Shown: piece by piece, positions 62,501-64,000 of the stretch
How the letters are laid out: each line of letters begins with the position of its first letter
Position numbering within the stretch: position 1 is the first letter of the stretch
Source of the DNA: Bugula neritina
Taxonomy: Eukaryota > Animalia > Bryozoa
Direction: 5' to 3'
NCBI GenBank assembly: GCA_964035545.1
Contig: OZ037766.1
Span: 3,958,722 to 4,022,721 of the forward strand
DNA: 64,000 nucleotides
The notes under the pieces: generated by a model
Told to the model about the DNA's origin: nothing
The model's database searches: none
The model's input: the letters and a program-made list of their open reading frames with translations, nothing else
Position numbers and translations under genes: made by a program

Positions 62501-64000
62501 CATAAATTATCCATTCCAAACAATGATTACATAAGATGCAAGAGCTTAGTAGAATAAATAAGGAATCTTGCGTGGTAAATCTAAGCGTTGTCAAGCATTT
62601 TAATTAAGGTTTTTTGTTATGGAATATAATTATATAACATAGTAGGCCTTATTGGCATGAAGACCTGTGAATATTTTAGGTCGATTTTACACAGATTCTA
62701 ATAAACTGTTTAATAAACAAAAACGTCAATGTGTAGTTCTTTACGTCCTCATTTGTCACAAGATCCGCTTTGTATTAATTGATTTATCTGTGAAATACTT
62801 AGATAATTTCCTAGCAAGCAAACTAACCAAAGCTTGCAAATATTAACTAGAGTAGAGGAGATATAGTTCTTAGAAGTTATTAAACCAAAGTATTAGATTC
62901 TAAATGAAGAATGTATACTCGCTTATTCACTTTTTTACTGTACATAAAATATGAAGCAGAATGCTACAATATGAAGCCTGAAAACATTGAATTAAAACTG
63001 AAACTCCATGGGTATAGCTCTAAATTGAAATATAATAAATCTGATATGTTATGCTATATTTCAAAACCGGAGCATTTCAAGAAAATACAACACTACGTTG
63101 TAGCACACAGTGTATTATTTTAATAGCAGTTTCAAACAAAATCAATCAGAATATCTTTGTGAAACTTGCCATAAACTGTAACAGCTTACCATGTCATTAT
63201 TGAATAAATTATATGATTTAAAATGATAAGTCTTAGACAATAGAGAATAAATTCATAAAGTAATTATAATATTTCATGACAGGAGCCAGTTACTCACTAC
63301 AAGACATGTTTAGCTGTTGCCAAAATATTTGATAAAAAATATAAAATAGCTAAATTTTATGTTAAGCTTGCATTTATGCATGGCATACAAAACGCATTGG
63401 CATGTATCATAATAAATGTAGAGGTAAGCAATATACTGACCATTTGTAGTTCAGAGAGCAAAAAAGTGTTATGGCTTGTATTTATGCTCATTTTTTGAAA
63501 AAAATTATGGTGGAGAATTTGTTTATATAACTGCATATATATTTTTTGAACAGTAGTCAATTTGTAAATATTTGCTTTTACACAAAAAGTATGTATTCAA
63601 ACTCAGATTTTTCAAATTTATATAATGTGTGTGAAATAAATTTGTATAGTATAAACGTTTACCTAATGCTGCTGCTATCATGATGAAGTAAATTGGAAAA
63701 TGGCTAATTAGTTAATATATAAAAATTATTATATATAAGATGATAGCATAGTTGCTTTGTTTTAAATAAACACATAAATTCATACTCATAAGACATACAA
63801 TTCCTATTCAGCTGATCATATATTTATTCATAACAATATTATTTTCTACATCTTTCTGACTATTTTAAAAAACAGCCTTCAAAAAAAATTTCTTTAATGA
63901 GGCAGGAGTTTAAAATTTCAAAATCTTTTGCTGCAGTGGAGATAAATAGAGGTTATTAAAATACTGAAGAATTCTGGTGGTAAAGAGGTGCAATTTATCT

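Noticed and set aside
59546-64000. Upstream Uncx homeobox exon or other genes
   Set aside because: No helix 1-2 homeodomain coding sequence was found; the short ORFs are AT-rich noise, so this is probably a long intron.

Overview
AT-rich, intron-rich metazoan genomic DNA, most likely an invertebrate; the species cannot be determined from this window. Host genes: a 12-coding-exon Ariadne-like RBR E3 ligase with an unrecognised N-terminal half of about 500 aa (+, 5134-9333); TM2D2 (-, 33513-35584) head-to-head with a SARA/endofin (ZFYVE9/16-type) gene (+, 38148-57570); and the last two exons of Uncx/unc-4 (-, 58600-59545). Two directly oriented U2 snRNA genes (-, 5' ends at 10559 and 31744) share position-matched promoter blocks. 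They bracket a 21-kb accessory interval with no recognisable host gene. That interval holds: (i) a chuvirus/herpes-gB-like envelope glycoprotein pseudogene whose C-terminal third is inverted exactly between two TTAA sites; (ii) an adjacent antisense exon for a small single-pass membrane protein with a CCC plus polybasic tail; (iii) a 1536-bp unit with 88-bp terminal redundancy that, once circularised, is completely tiled by three overlapping intact reading frames, one of them spliced; and (iv) scrambled Tx1/L1-clade LINE copies. Item (iii) is the best candidate for an undescribed system: an integrated small circular replicon. All exon calls and homologies come from reading the sequence by eye; no database searches were run.
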